NCBI RefSeq assembly: GCF_006345805.1
Contig: NW_021835381.1
Span: forward strand, 1 to 39,516
Source: Octopus sinensis
Lineage: Eukaryota
Reading direction: 5' to 3'
Length of the DNA stretch: 39,516 bases
Below are positions 24,086 through 34,411 of the stretch, one piece after another. The notes under the pieces were generated by a model that was given only the letters and a program-made list of their open reading frames with translations, was not told where the DNA came from and did no database searches. The position numbers were made by a program, and so were the translations under genes. The first letter of the stretch is position 1. Every line of letters begins with the position of its first letter.

Positions 24086-25754
24086 TCTCTTATTATAAAA
24101 GGCAGATTTTATCTGCCTCCCTTTGTAACTTATAGAAATCTACAATATAGGATTTCTTCAATTACAATTTACCTAGCATTTTTAAGAGTAGAATGCATCG
24201 GGTCATGCCAGGTCCAGTTTTTAAAATTTAAACTCCAATTAAGCAAAATTTACAGAAAACTCACATTCTGGTGTGTATGTCAAATGCTTTTCTTAATGTG
24301 GTTTACACCACACGCACACGCACACACACAGTGTGCAATGAATAAAATGAAAGTAAATAGCGACAGAGTGATTTGAGGAAGACTAAACTGAAAGTATTTA
24401 AACCACTACTCAAAAAATAAAAAAACACAGGAAACAGAAACAAATAAATACATAACGATTTACTCCTCACACAATTTCTTCAATTAGAGTTTACCTAAGA
24501 TTTTTCAAAGTACTCCATTCAGTCATGCCATAATATATTTCTTTCAATTTCACCCCCAATTAAGACAAAATTCGAGAAAACTCAATATTTTAACATTTCA
24601 CTCCGAAAGCATTGATGTACATGTGTGCGTGCGTGAGTGTGTGTGTGTGTGTGTGTGTGTGTTTGATGGGTTGTGCGACACAGAAAGTGTGGTGTGTAAG
24701 TGAAGTGCTTTTGTTAGTGTGTGTAAAGAGACAGACAGAGTGAAAGACAGAAATAACTGAACTTTTTTTATTCACTTTTTGTAGTAAGTGACTGAGAGAG
24801 AAAAGAGAGAGAGAGGTTATGTATGTATATATGTATGTATGGCTTCAGTGACACACACACACAAAAACACATACCTACGTACACCTAAAGCACGCACACA
24901 CACACACACAAGCGGAGCGCGAACTTCAAAATTTTGGTAGTATTAATTTGCGAGCGTACTTCTAAGCCCGCGTAATTGAAAGTTTTCACTATGATATCAT
25001 CACGTGCGAAAAAATTCGAAGGGTTTTGAACAATTGAGATACAGATGTCACGCCTGTATTGAAACCATTGCTAAGCTGCCGTAATTGCTTAATTAAGACT
25101 TTGTTTAAATTGAAAGGGGCAAATATGTGACGAGGTTGAAAAAAAATACCCCAGAAAAAAAAATGTACTGCTGGTATTTATATAATTCACTACTATTTTG
25201 CTACAATGTCATGAAAAAGAAAAAATTTAGGTATGTAAATCGAATTCGCCACCCCCTTTTCCCCCGTTTGCGTTTGTGTAAAAAAATTATTATTTAAGTT
25301 TTAAAAATTATTTACTTTTGTCAAAAAATATTAATATTAATTAATTTTCAAGAATTATTTAATTTTATTCTGTAAAATAGTAATTAATTCATTTATCTGT
25401 AAATAAATCCGCGAGGTTGTTACTCAGGCACCTAGAATGGTAACCTTCAACTAACACTATCTCCTCCGAGACCCTGCGGCGCAAGTTGACAAAATTGAGA
25501 GTATGGTAGAAGAAGGGTTGCTCTTCCTTCCGTAGAACATAAAATTCAAATTGGACCATGTTAACACCAAAATTATTTACAATCAAAAAGATGCTTTTTT
25601 CTATGAAAATCCCTATTTTTTATGATTTTTTCACTGCTGTGTCGCCACTTTTCGGGTATTTCGACCAGAAAAATGTTCACAAAATTTTTACTTTTCAAAA
25701 TTACAATTCCAGCGGGTCGAAACAAACCCGAGCAACGCCGGGCGATACTGCTAG
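24086..25754 (+). mobile_element. non-autonomous Helitron, 1669 bp
   Basis: 5' TC, 3' CTAG, GC-rich hairpin CCCGAGCAACGCCGGG at 25727-25742, inserted between A and T without TSD; empty site CTGTA|TTAATGG at 22088/22089. Confidence 0.9.
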
Positions 25755-27358
25755 TTAATGGATAAATTCCAGTTACTCTAAATAGTTGCTTGACTTGCTA
25801 AAAATAGCATGAAAACCTTCCTCAGATCACACTTTTCTACTCTAATGGAAGAATGTCAGATCATCGTCTAAATAAAAGCTTGACTTGCTAGAAATAGCCA
25901 TCAAATGTTCCTCAGATCACTCGTTTCTTTTCTAATGGAACAATGTCAGATCCTCTAAATAGTTCCTTGACTTGCTAGAAATATCAATAAAATCTTCCTC
26001 AGATCAAACTTTTCTATTCTAATGGACAAATGTCAGATGATCTTAATAGTTGCTTGACTTGCTAGAAAGAGGAGACAAATCTTCCTCAGATCACACTTTT
26101 CTAGTTAATAGACCAATGTCAGATGCTCTAAAGGACCAATCTCAGATCTTCTAAATAGTTGCTTGACTTGGTAGAAATAACAGTCAAATCTCCCTCAAAT
26201 GTCAGATGATCTTAATAGTTGCTTGACTTGCTAGAAAGAGGAGACAAATCTTCCTCAGATCACACTTTTCTATTTAATAAACCAATGTCAGATACTCTAA
26301 AGAACCAACGTCAGATCTTCTAAATAGTTGCTTGACTTGGTAGAAATAACAGTCAAATCTCCCTCAGATGACACTTTTCTCTTCTAATGGACCAATGTCA
26401 GATGCTCTTAATAGTTCTTGACTTGCTAGAAAGAGCAGACAAATCTTCCTGAGATTACACTTTTCCATTCTATAGACCAATGTTAGATCCTCTAAATAGT
26501 TGCTTAACTTGATAGAAATAGTAGCCTATACTTCCTCAGATCACATTTTTCTATTCTAATTGACCAATGTCACATCCTCTAAATACTTGCTTGACTTGCT
26601 AGAAATAACTGTCAAATCTTAATCAGATCACACTTTTCTATTCTAATGGAACATGTCAAATCCTCTAAATAGTTTCTTGACTTGCTAGAAATAGCAGTCA
26701 AATCTTAATCAGATCACACTTTCTATTCTCATGGACCAATGTCAGAACCTCTAAAGTTTCTTGACTTGCTAAAAATAACAGTCAAATCTTCCTCAGCTCA
26801 CGCTAATTGATTTACTTGCTAGAAGTAGCAGTGAAATCTTCCTCAGCTCACACTTTACTATTCTATTGGAACAATGTCAGATCCTAATAATAGATGCTTG
26901 ACTTGCTAGAAATAGCAGTCACATCTCCATCAGATCATACTTTTCTATACTAATGGACCAATGTTATTATCCTCTAAATAAGTTGCTTGACTTGCTAAAA
27001 TAACAGTCAAATCTTCCTCAGCTCACGCTTTTCTATTCTAATGGACTAATGTCAGATCCTCAAAATAGTTTCTTGACTTGCTAGAAATAGCAGTCAAATC
27101 TTCCTCAGATCACACTTTTCTATCCTAAGGGACCAATGTTAGATCCTCTAAATAGATGCTTGACGTTCTAGAAATAGCAGTCAAATCTCCTTCAGATCAC
27201 ACTCTTCTATTCTAATGGAACAATGTCCGATCAATTAAATCATTGCTTAACTGCAGAAATAGCAATCAAATCTAATGGATACAAATTTGTTAACATATTC
27301 ACCTACAACTGTTTTCATTTCACAAGCAAAATTAAAATTACAAACATTTATATAAATA

Positions 27359-27745
27359 TATAGGCGCAGGAGTGGCTGTGTGGTAAGTAGCTTGCTAACC
27401 AACCACATGGTTCCGGGTTCAGTCCCACTGCGTGTCATCTTGGGCAAGTGTCTTCTGCTATAGCCCTGGGCCGACCAATGCCTTGTGAGTGGATTTGGTA
27501 GACGGAAACTGAAAGAAGCCTGTCGTATATATGTTATATATGTATGTGTGTCTGTGTTTGTCCCCCTAGCATTGCTTGACAACCGATGCTGGTGTGTTTA
27601 CGTCCCCGTAACTTTGCGGTTCGGCAAAAAGAACCGATAGAATAAGTACTGGGCTTACAAAGAATAAGTCCCGGGGTCGAGTTGCTCGACTAAAGGCGTG
27701 CTCCAGCATGGCCGCCGTCAAATGACTGAAACAAGTAAAGAGTAT
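27359..27745 (+). mobile_element. tRNA-headed SINE, full length, best preserved copy
   Basis: A-box-like TGGCTGTGTGGT, B-box-like GGTTCAGTCCC, central (TA)/(TG), tail CATGGCCGCCGTCAAATGACTGAAACAAGTAAAGAGTA. Confidence 0.92.
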
Positions 27746-27748
27746 ATT

Positions 27749-27992
27749 ACGATATATACTTGTATCGCACGTCCCCGATTCGCGCGTGCGCAAACCGGGG
27801 ACGATACAAGTATACAAGTATATATATCGTATATATACAAGTATATATCGTATACAAGTATATATCGATACAAGTATATATCGTATATATCGTGCATGCG
27901 CCAGTCAGCTCGTTGGATCGGCTGCCTCCGTCTGGTTAACGCGCACGCGCGTTTCGCGTGTGCGCAAACCGAGACCACTCTACGATACTAGT
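27749..27992. repeat. CpG-rich hairpin plus short tandem repeats, unclassified
   Basis: Inverted arms 27755-27777 and 27796-27814; ATACAAGTATATATCG-type repeats to ~27892; ends in CTAGT. Confidence 0.7.
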
Positions 27993-28093
27993 ACCCCTTT
28001 TTATATTCTAAATAATTTGCAATTTCAGAAATATATTAACTTTGCGTTTTTTTTAATTTGATAAATTCTACGGAAACAAACGAAGGTGCCCGA

Positions 28094-28103
28094 GTGACGT
28101 CAC
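28094..28103. promoter_or_regulatory. CRE palindrome GTGACGTCAC
   Basis: Perfect TGACGTCA; function not shown. Confidence 0.35.
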
Positions 28104-28877
28104 ACTTGTTTTACTTTCCTCCTGACGGCTAATCTTCCTGGAATCTTTCTGTTCCATTTGGAACTTTGATTTCTCTTCAATCTGGAAATATTTGTCTGTT
28201 TTTTTCACTGAAATTGTTTATAAGTTTGTGCTTTTATGAATACATATTACTTAAAATGAATTTCGACGAGTAACGATTGTAAACAAGCAGTTTTCTGTAT
28301 ATGAGAGAAGTGAATATGGACTGCCGTGAAAATATCCAAAAGTTGGTTTTTGTTTTTATTGATAAATCACTGAAATTGAAAGAATTGTGAAAGAAGTCAA
28401 CAGAATTTCCAGTCATAAATTCTCGAAGTTGCTGTTTATCCTCCACCGAAAAAGTAAGAATTTATTAATATTATTGTCAAACCATTTATCTTCTTAGTTT
28501 TGTGTCAATTATGATGTATAGGGATAAAATATATGATTCTTAAACAAGAGACCTTTTTCTACCACTCATCTACACACACACCTTTAAAATAAGTCTATTA
28601 CTTCAAATGTTAATGGTTTCTGTTAAGACTGAGCAATTTTTAAACGAGTTCTTGACTAGAATTTGGTTTGTCAACTTTTAAAATAACTTTCAGTTCTTTA
28701 GACATTCACATGATTAACAAGGCTAACGTGGGGTGGCTAGAAATAGCAGTCAAATTACTCTCAGATCCATACAAGATCATGCAATTGTTCAGTCTAGGAG
28801 CCCAATAACAAATCAACTTAGTTGTTTATGAAAGAAGTCGATATTTAGAGAGTGAAAACGTGTGTTTTTCTTTTTTT

Positions 28878-28997
28878 TTGCTGGAGCACCGACTTTGGTC
28901 GAGCAAATCGACCCCAGGACTTATTCTTGTAAGCCTAGTACTTATTCTATCGGTCTCTATTGCCGTAAACACAACGCACACTCACACACACACACAC

Positions 28998-29047
<50 letters not shown>

Positions 29048-29184
29048 GACGGGCTTCTTCAGTTTCCGTCTACCCAATCCACTCACAAGACTATAGTAGA
29101 AGATACTTGCCAAGGTACCATGCAGTGGGATAGAACCCGGAACCATGTGGTTCGTAAGCAAGCTACTTACCACACAGCCACTCA
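28878..29184 (-). mobile_element. SINE with internal deletions
   Basis: Both halves present around (CA)/(TA)n; reverse complement matches 27359-27745. Confidence 0.85.
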
Positions 29185-29339
29185 TATATATACACATACA
29201 CACGACTGGTTTTATTAATTTTCCAGGAGGGTGGACTGCTAAAAAATGCAGTGGAATCTGGATATGCTAGAAACAGCAGTCAAATCTCTATATGGAAATC
29301 TTCATGTGTATGTGTGAGTGTGCGTGTGTGCTAGTCACC

Positions 29340-29505
29340 CACCCCCACATTCGCTTGACAACCGATGTCGGTGTGTTTATGTCGACGAAGCTGAGCGCCT
29401 TGGCAAAAAGTGACCGATGGAATAAGTACTAGGCTTACAAGGAATAAGTCCTGGGATCGATTTGTTTCGACTAAAGGCGGTGCTCCAGCATAGCCGCAGT
29501 CAACA
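29340..29505 (+). mobile_element. SINE 3' half
   Basis: cgcttgacaaccgatg...aataagtactaggcttacaa...gactaaaggcggtgctccagcatagccgcagtcaa. Confidence 0.85.
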
Positions 29506-30299
29506 TGTGGGAAAAAAGTCAAAACTGAAGAAGTTGGGTGGGGAAAGGCGGGGACAAAGTTTCACAATGCCGATTTTTGGCAATTTTCCGAAAACGGGGA
29601 TTTTTGGCAGACAAAAAAGGAATTACAAATTAATTTATCACCAAGGAAATACGGAACTATGGCGGCTGAAAATTGGTGTCTGACTTTTCGCAAAGCATGT
29701 GGGATTGTCGTCTGAATGATTTCAATGGCGCGAGATTCAGTTTTTTATTGAAATTTTTATTGAATATTGGTCCTGCAGAGTGAAAGAAGTAAGTAAGAAA
29801 TTATTATTAGACTGGAGAATGATACTCCACATCCCCATTAAGGACTTTTTCGTTTTCAATGTACTCGAGTGTTGTTGTTTATGTTATTGTTGTGAAGTGT
29901 GGTTGCATGTTCGAATGTAATTAGATAAGTTGTCAACAGACATTCTAACTGATTTGTCAGTCGAGAAGCATACAATCTCTCTATTTTTTAATTTGTTAAG
30001 GCCTTTCTAATTTTGGTGTCAAGATCACGGGTCTTATTTTTTGTTCGTTTTTGTTTATGCCTTTGGGTGTAATTAGAGAAAGCTGACAGGAGTTTGGATT
30101 TAGTAAGGGTAAACTTTGCTGTACTGGAACGAAAACAATTGCAGCATGGAAGGTGTTTATAAGCCATTTAAGAAACACACAAAAGCCGTTAGATTCACTT
30201 TAATATTTAAATTCAATTTGTCAAAATATTTTCGTTGTTTTGAGACTGCGACTTCACTGACAAAATTCCGTGCTGCATCTGAGAAAGTAACAGTTAGTT

Positions 30300-30480
30300 C
30301 ATGATATATATGTACGTACGTATGTATGTATGTGTTTATGTATGTATATGTGTACATGTATGTGCGCATGCCTATAAGCATGTATGTATGTACTTACGTA
30401 TGTGAGTATTTAGGAGAAATAGACGTGTCTGTGTGTGTACATGTGTATGTACTTGCGAACGTATGTTTATGTAATATGTG
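30300..30480. repeat. degenerate (TATG)n
   Basis: Directly visible. Confidence 0.8.
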
Positions 30481-30533
30481 TCAGTTCAATTTGTATACTT
30501 GACTGTTACCTAGCCACTCGCTATGCAAGTACA

Positions 30534-30548
30534 TCTCTTTCTCTCTCT

Positions 30549-30642
<94 letters not shown>
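30534..30642. repeat. (CT)n-(TA)n-(AG)n self-complementary microsatellite
   Basis: Directly visible. Confidence 0.9.
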
Positions 30643-30643
<1 letters not shown>

Positions 30644-31631
30644 CAGATTGTAACATAGATAATATATAGACAGAAATAGATAGTCAAAAGAAGAATAGAC
30701 ATACCAACTACCAAACACCTAGAAAGATAGACTGCTTGATAGCTCGATAGATATATAGATAAATAGATAGATGCTTATGTTTTTTTATTGCTACTCATCA
30801 CTCATTTTGTCCATTTTATGTTTCTCACCTGTACTGCTCTTTGTAAAGAATTAGCAAACTGAGCTGTTTTGCAATAAAGGCTTGAATGGATTGAGAGCTA
30901 TATGATAAACTGGTGAAGGAAGCATGGATTTAAACTCTGCCTTATTAATTGCTCATTGGTGAAATAGCATAAAAGATATTGTTTATGGTTAAGATTTCTT
31001 AATTATATCAGTTTCTATATTAGTGTATGCATCTTTAGTGAAATGATGATGAACTCTCTTACAATATGACTATGTGAATTGCTGAAATTATGGTATATTG
31101 TAAATTTCATGAATATTTGAATGACAGGAAAGCTATCCTGTTTCCTAACATGCAGATTTATTTTCCCAAGTCATTTGATTAATTGGTCATGTTTGTAAAA
31201 CAGGGGAATGCCTCAAATTTTAGAGGAAGTGGTTAATTGATTAAATTGATCTTATTACTTGACTTGCACTTTTTTTATCAACCATTAAAGGAAGAGAAAC
31301 AAAGTTAGCCTCAACAGGATTTGAAACTAGAATATAAAGAGCTGGTAGAAATATTGGAAGGTATTTTGGCAACACTCTAACAATTGTGCCTTTCCACTAT
31401 CTTAAGTTTAATAGAATAAAATCTGTGAATGAATTTTGATGAATTTCTTGTGTAGTTTTAATGAAAGTTGGTCTCACATTGCTTGCATTTATATCTTTCC
31501 TGAGACATGTAAAAGTTTCCATTTGTATAATACTTGGCTGCTTGTCACTTCAAATAAAGAGTAGTGAACTGATATTAAAGCCAAAATTTTCCTTTCGCTA
31601 CTATTAGGATGTTTTTCATTTTTACTTTCAG

Positions 31632-31994
31632 GGTTAAAAAATGAATGATTACACTTATTGGTTTACATGCGAACTTTTGTTTATTTTATATCCTTCTATA
31701 TGTTGGATATGCAAATTTCACGAAGCGGGGATAGACACAACTGTCTTCACACAACCTACTTCAGATTACTCCACTAAACACAATACTCTAATAAATAGAA
31801 ACTCTGAACAATGTCAGCAACTTCCATGAACTCCCAATGACTCTCTTTGTCTCAACCAATATGCTAATTTTTTTATAAGAGTTTTGCTAGTCCATTCTTC
31901 CAATCCCATAGGGGTGCCAATGACTCTCACCACAACAGTTTATACATGTATATTTTACCAAAACAAGTATCCCCATGCGAAGCTTCACCTGTAT
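31632..31994 (+). other. candidate internal exon of an unidentified host transcript
   Basis: Acceptor TTTTTCATTTTTACTTTCAG ending at 31631; donors GTATGT at 31991 or GTAAGT at 31995; non-repetitive. Confidence 0.4.
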
Positions 31995-32129
31995 GTAAGT
32001 ACATAACTTTTTTGTTAATTTAAGTTTTCTGTTAGTTAACCACAGCTGTTTGTACATTGAACACCTGTTTCTCTGTGTATATTGAACAATTTCCATAAGA
32101 TATATATGTTTGCAAATGTAAAATATGTT

Positions 32130-32270
32130 TGTTTCCCAATGCCATGGTTTAGGGTCTAGTTCTACTGTGGCATTTTGGGCAAGAGTCTTCGACTATAGGT
32201 AGGGATCAACAAATGCATTTTTAGTGAAAGTCGTTGATGGGAACTATATGAAGCTTATTGCATGTGTGTG
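32130..32270 (+). mobile_element. highly diverged SINE 5' half
   Basis: catggtttagggtctagttctactgtggcattttgggcaagagtcttcgactatag resembles the SINE head. Confidence 0.5.
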
Positions 32271-32399
32271 TATACACCATATCAATTATGTGATGCATGT
32301 TATAGGTAACTGTTGACAAAAAGTGCAAAATACTCATTGAAAAATCAAAATAATTTAGAGTAATGTAAAGAAGGGATGTAGAATGGATAGTGAAAGGTC

Positions 32400-32990
32400 T
32401 GGCTTGGAAGGTGTCCCACAGTATTGCAGCCTGGGCCTATGTGTCATCTTGCTACTGCAAGAGAGTACAGACCATTGAATGTTTGTGAAATATTGGCATC
32501 TAAGATTATGAACTCTTTGGATTTACTGATTACCTTGATGTCAGTGAGATTGCCATTGTCAAACAAGAGATTTGTTACCTTAGTAAGTGTCTACCCTCCA
32601 ACCATGTGTTCCTCTGAAGAGAAAAAAAAAGACTAATATTTTATCTTTAATGAAAAAAGCTTCTGTGCAGTATTCTTTCTGCTTATAAAATCTTCATATT
32701 TGGTGATTTCAATGAAAGCATTTGCAGAGATAAAAAAATTTGGGATATAATTGGGAAACATGAAGCCAGAAAATGCAATAGTAATGGCTTGTTTAGTACT
32801 GCAAATGTGTTCGATTTTTGCATATACTGGGTAACTGTCAATCTCCTAGTGTGGAGCATGCTGTATTTGAGCACCAAATATGTGGGAGTATTTATGTGAT
32901 CAAGATGAAAGGCAATTAGGTCTCTCATTAATTTCTGTTTGGTGAGTTGGCCCTGAGGAAAAATCTAGGCAACAAATTGAAATTAAGGCA
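32400..32990 (+). mobile_element. ancient RTE endonuclease relic
   Basis: LMSVRLPLSNKRFVTLVSVYPPTM, IFGDFN, IIGKH...CNSNG parallel the EN at 4240-4510. Confidence 0.75.
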
Positions 32991-33282
32991 TGAATGCATT
33001 AGAGACACTTAGAGGATCTAGATCAAATTAGAGAAGGTGAAAACATCACAAAGTTTTTGATGGAAAAAATTGTTTCATGTTGGAATGAGTGAATTTGAAT
33101 GAATGTCAATAAAATCTTAGTGTGCATGAAAAGCTTGAGAGAGATTTTTGAAAAGGTCTTAATATTAATGTTTCCATTGTGTTTTGCTTCAAAAACTACA
33201 TAGACATGACAGAATTAAATAGACATCCTTATAATTGTTAAAATTTATTTAAATTATTTATTAATTATTATAATGTGAATAT

Positions 33283-33586
33283 CTAATATTTAGTAGACAG
33301 GCTCCTTGCATTTTTGAATGCAAGGACCCTAGCAGGCATGCTACTGATCTGATGAATATTCTCTTCATGATTTTCTTGCCAAGTTTCTTGCAGTAATATC
33401 AAAAGATCTGGCTTTAAGGATGCTTTCTTTTTCTTTTTAGGAAGTATCCCATCCATCATGCCTCAGAGGTGTTCAGTAGGGTTCATATCTGGTGATTGGC
33501 TTAGCTATGGAAGCTTTTTAATGCCATTCTCTTCCAACCAATCCTGGGTCTTTTAGTTGTGCAAGAAAGCCCTATCTTCCATAAAT
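33283..33586 (-). pseudogene. Tc1 transposase C-terminal part
   Basis: FMEDRAFLH...SQSPDMNPTEHL...SMPARV...STKY*, with three in-frame stops. Confidence 0.85.
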
Positions 33587-33748
33587 CATCATCATCATCA
33601 TCATTTAGCGTCCGCTTTCCATGCTAGCATGGGTTGGACGGGTCAACTGGGGTCTGTGAAGCTGGAAGGCTTCGTCAGGCCCAGTCAGATCTGGCAGTGT
33701 TTCTACGGCTGGATGCCTTCCTAACGCCAACCACTCTGCGAGTGTAGT

Positions 33749-34365
33749 GGGTGTTTTTTACGTGCCACCTGCACAGGTACCAGACAGAGCTGGCGAACGG
33801 CCATGAACGGATGGTGCTTTTACGTGTCACCGGCACGGGGCCAGGCGATGCTGGCAACGGACACGAACGGATGGTGCTTTTACGTGCCACCGACACGGGG
33901 CCAGACAGAGCTGGCAAACGGCCACGAACGGACGGTGCTTTTACGTGTCACCGGCACGGGGGCCAGCCGAGGCTGACAACGAACACGAACGGATGGTGCT
34001 TTTACGTGCCACCAACATGGGGCCAGACAGAGCTGGCAAACGGCCACGAACGGACGGTGCTTTTACGTGTCACCGGCACGGGGGTCAGCCGAGGCTGGCA
34101 ACGGACGCGAACGGATGGTGCTTTTACGTGCCACCGACACGGTTGCCAGACAGAGCTGGCGAACGGCCACGAACGGACGGTGCTTTTACGTGTCACCGGC
34201 ACGGGGGCCAGCTGAGGCTGGCAACGGACACGAACGGATGGTGCTTTTACGTGCCACCGACACGGGGGCCAGGCAGAGCTGGCAAACGGCCACGAGCGAA
34301 TGGTGCTTTTACGTATCACCGGCACAGGTGCCAGACGAGGCTGACAGCGGACACGAACGGATGGG
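33749..34365 (-). repeat. ~61-bp tandem repeat (122-bp dimer), 10 copies, in the RTE 3' UTR
   Basis: GGTG(C/T)TTTTACGT core about every 61 bp with strictly alternating variants. Confidence 0.92.
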
Positions 34366-34411
34366 TCACTTAACCCCTGCTTTCTGATATATGATTTGAT
34401 TTTGATTGTTC

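Larger units (their letters stand above)
18421..27280. repeat. 87-bp satellite array, ~78 monomers, interrupted by two insertions
   Basis: Consensus TTGCTAGAAATAGCAGTCAAATCTTCCTCAGATCACACTTTTCTATTCTAATGGACCAATGTCAGATCCTCTAAATAGTTGCTTGAC; period checked at 20416 vs 20503. Confidence 0.95.

Noticed and set aside
18421-27280. 87-bp unit (29 codons) as a coding repeat, e.g. EDLT motif on the minus strand or ORF 21251-21439
   Set aside because: The consensus has stops in the frames examined on both strands, and frameshifting 1-bp indels are tolerated in many monomers.
27359-27440. tRNA gene
   Set aside because: A/B-box-like motifs only; it continues into the SINE body and no cloverleaf is evident.
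27713-27723. SINE tail GCAGTCAAAT as the source of the satellite monomer
   Set aside because: Only about 10 bp match and the flanks do not align.
33749-34365. CRISPR-like repeat-spacer appearance
   Set aside because: The intervening sequences are themselves repeated (A/B alternation), there are no cas genes and the context is eukaryotic.
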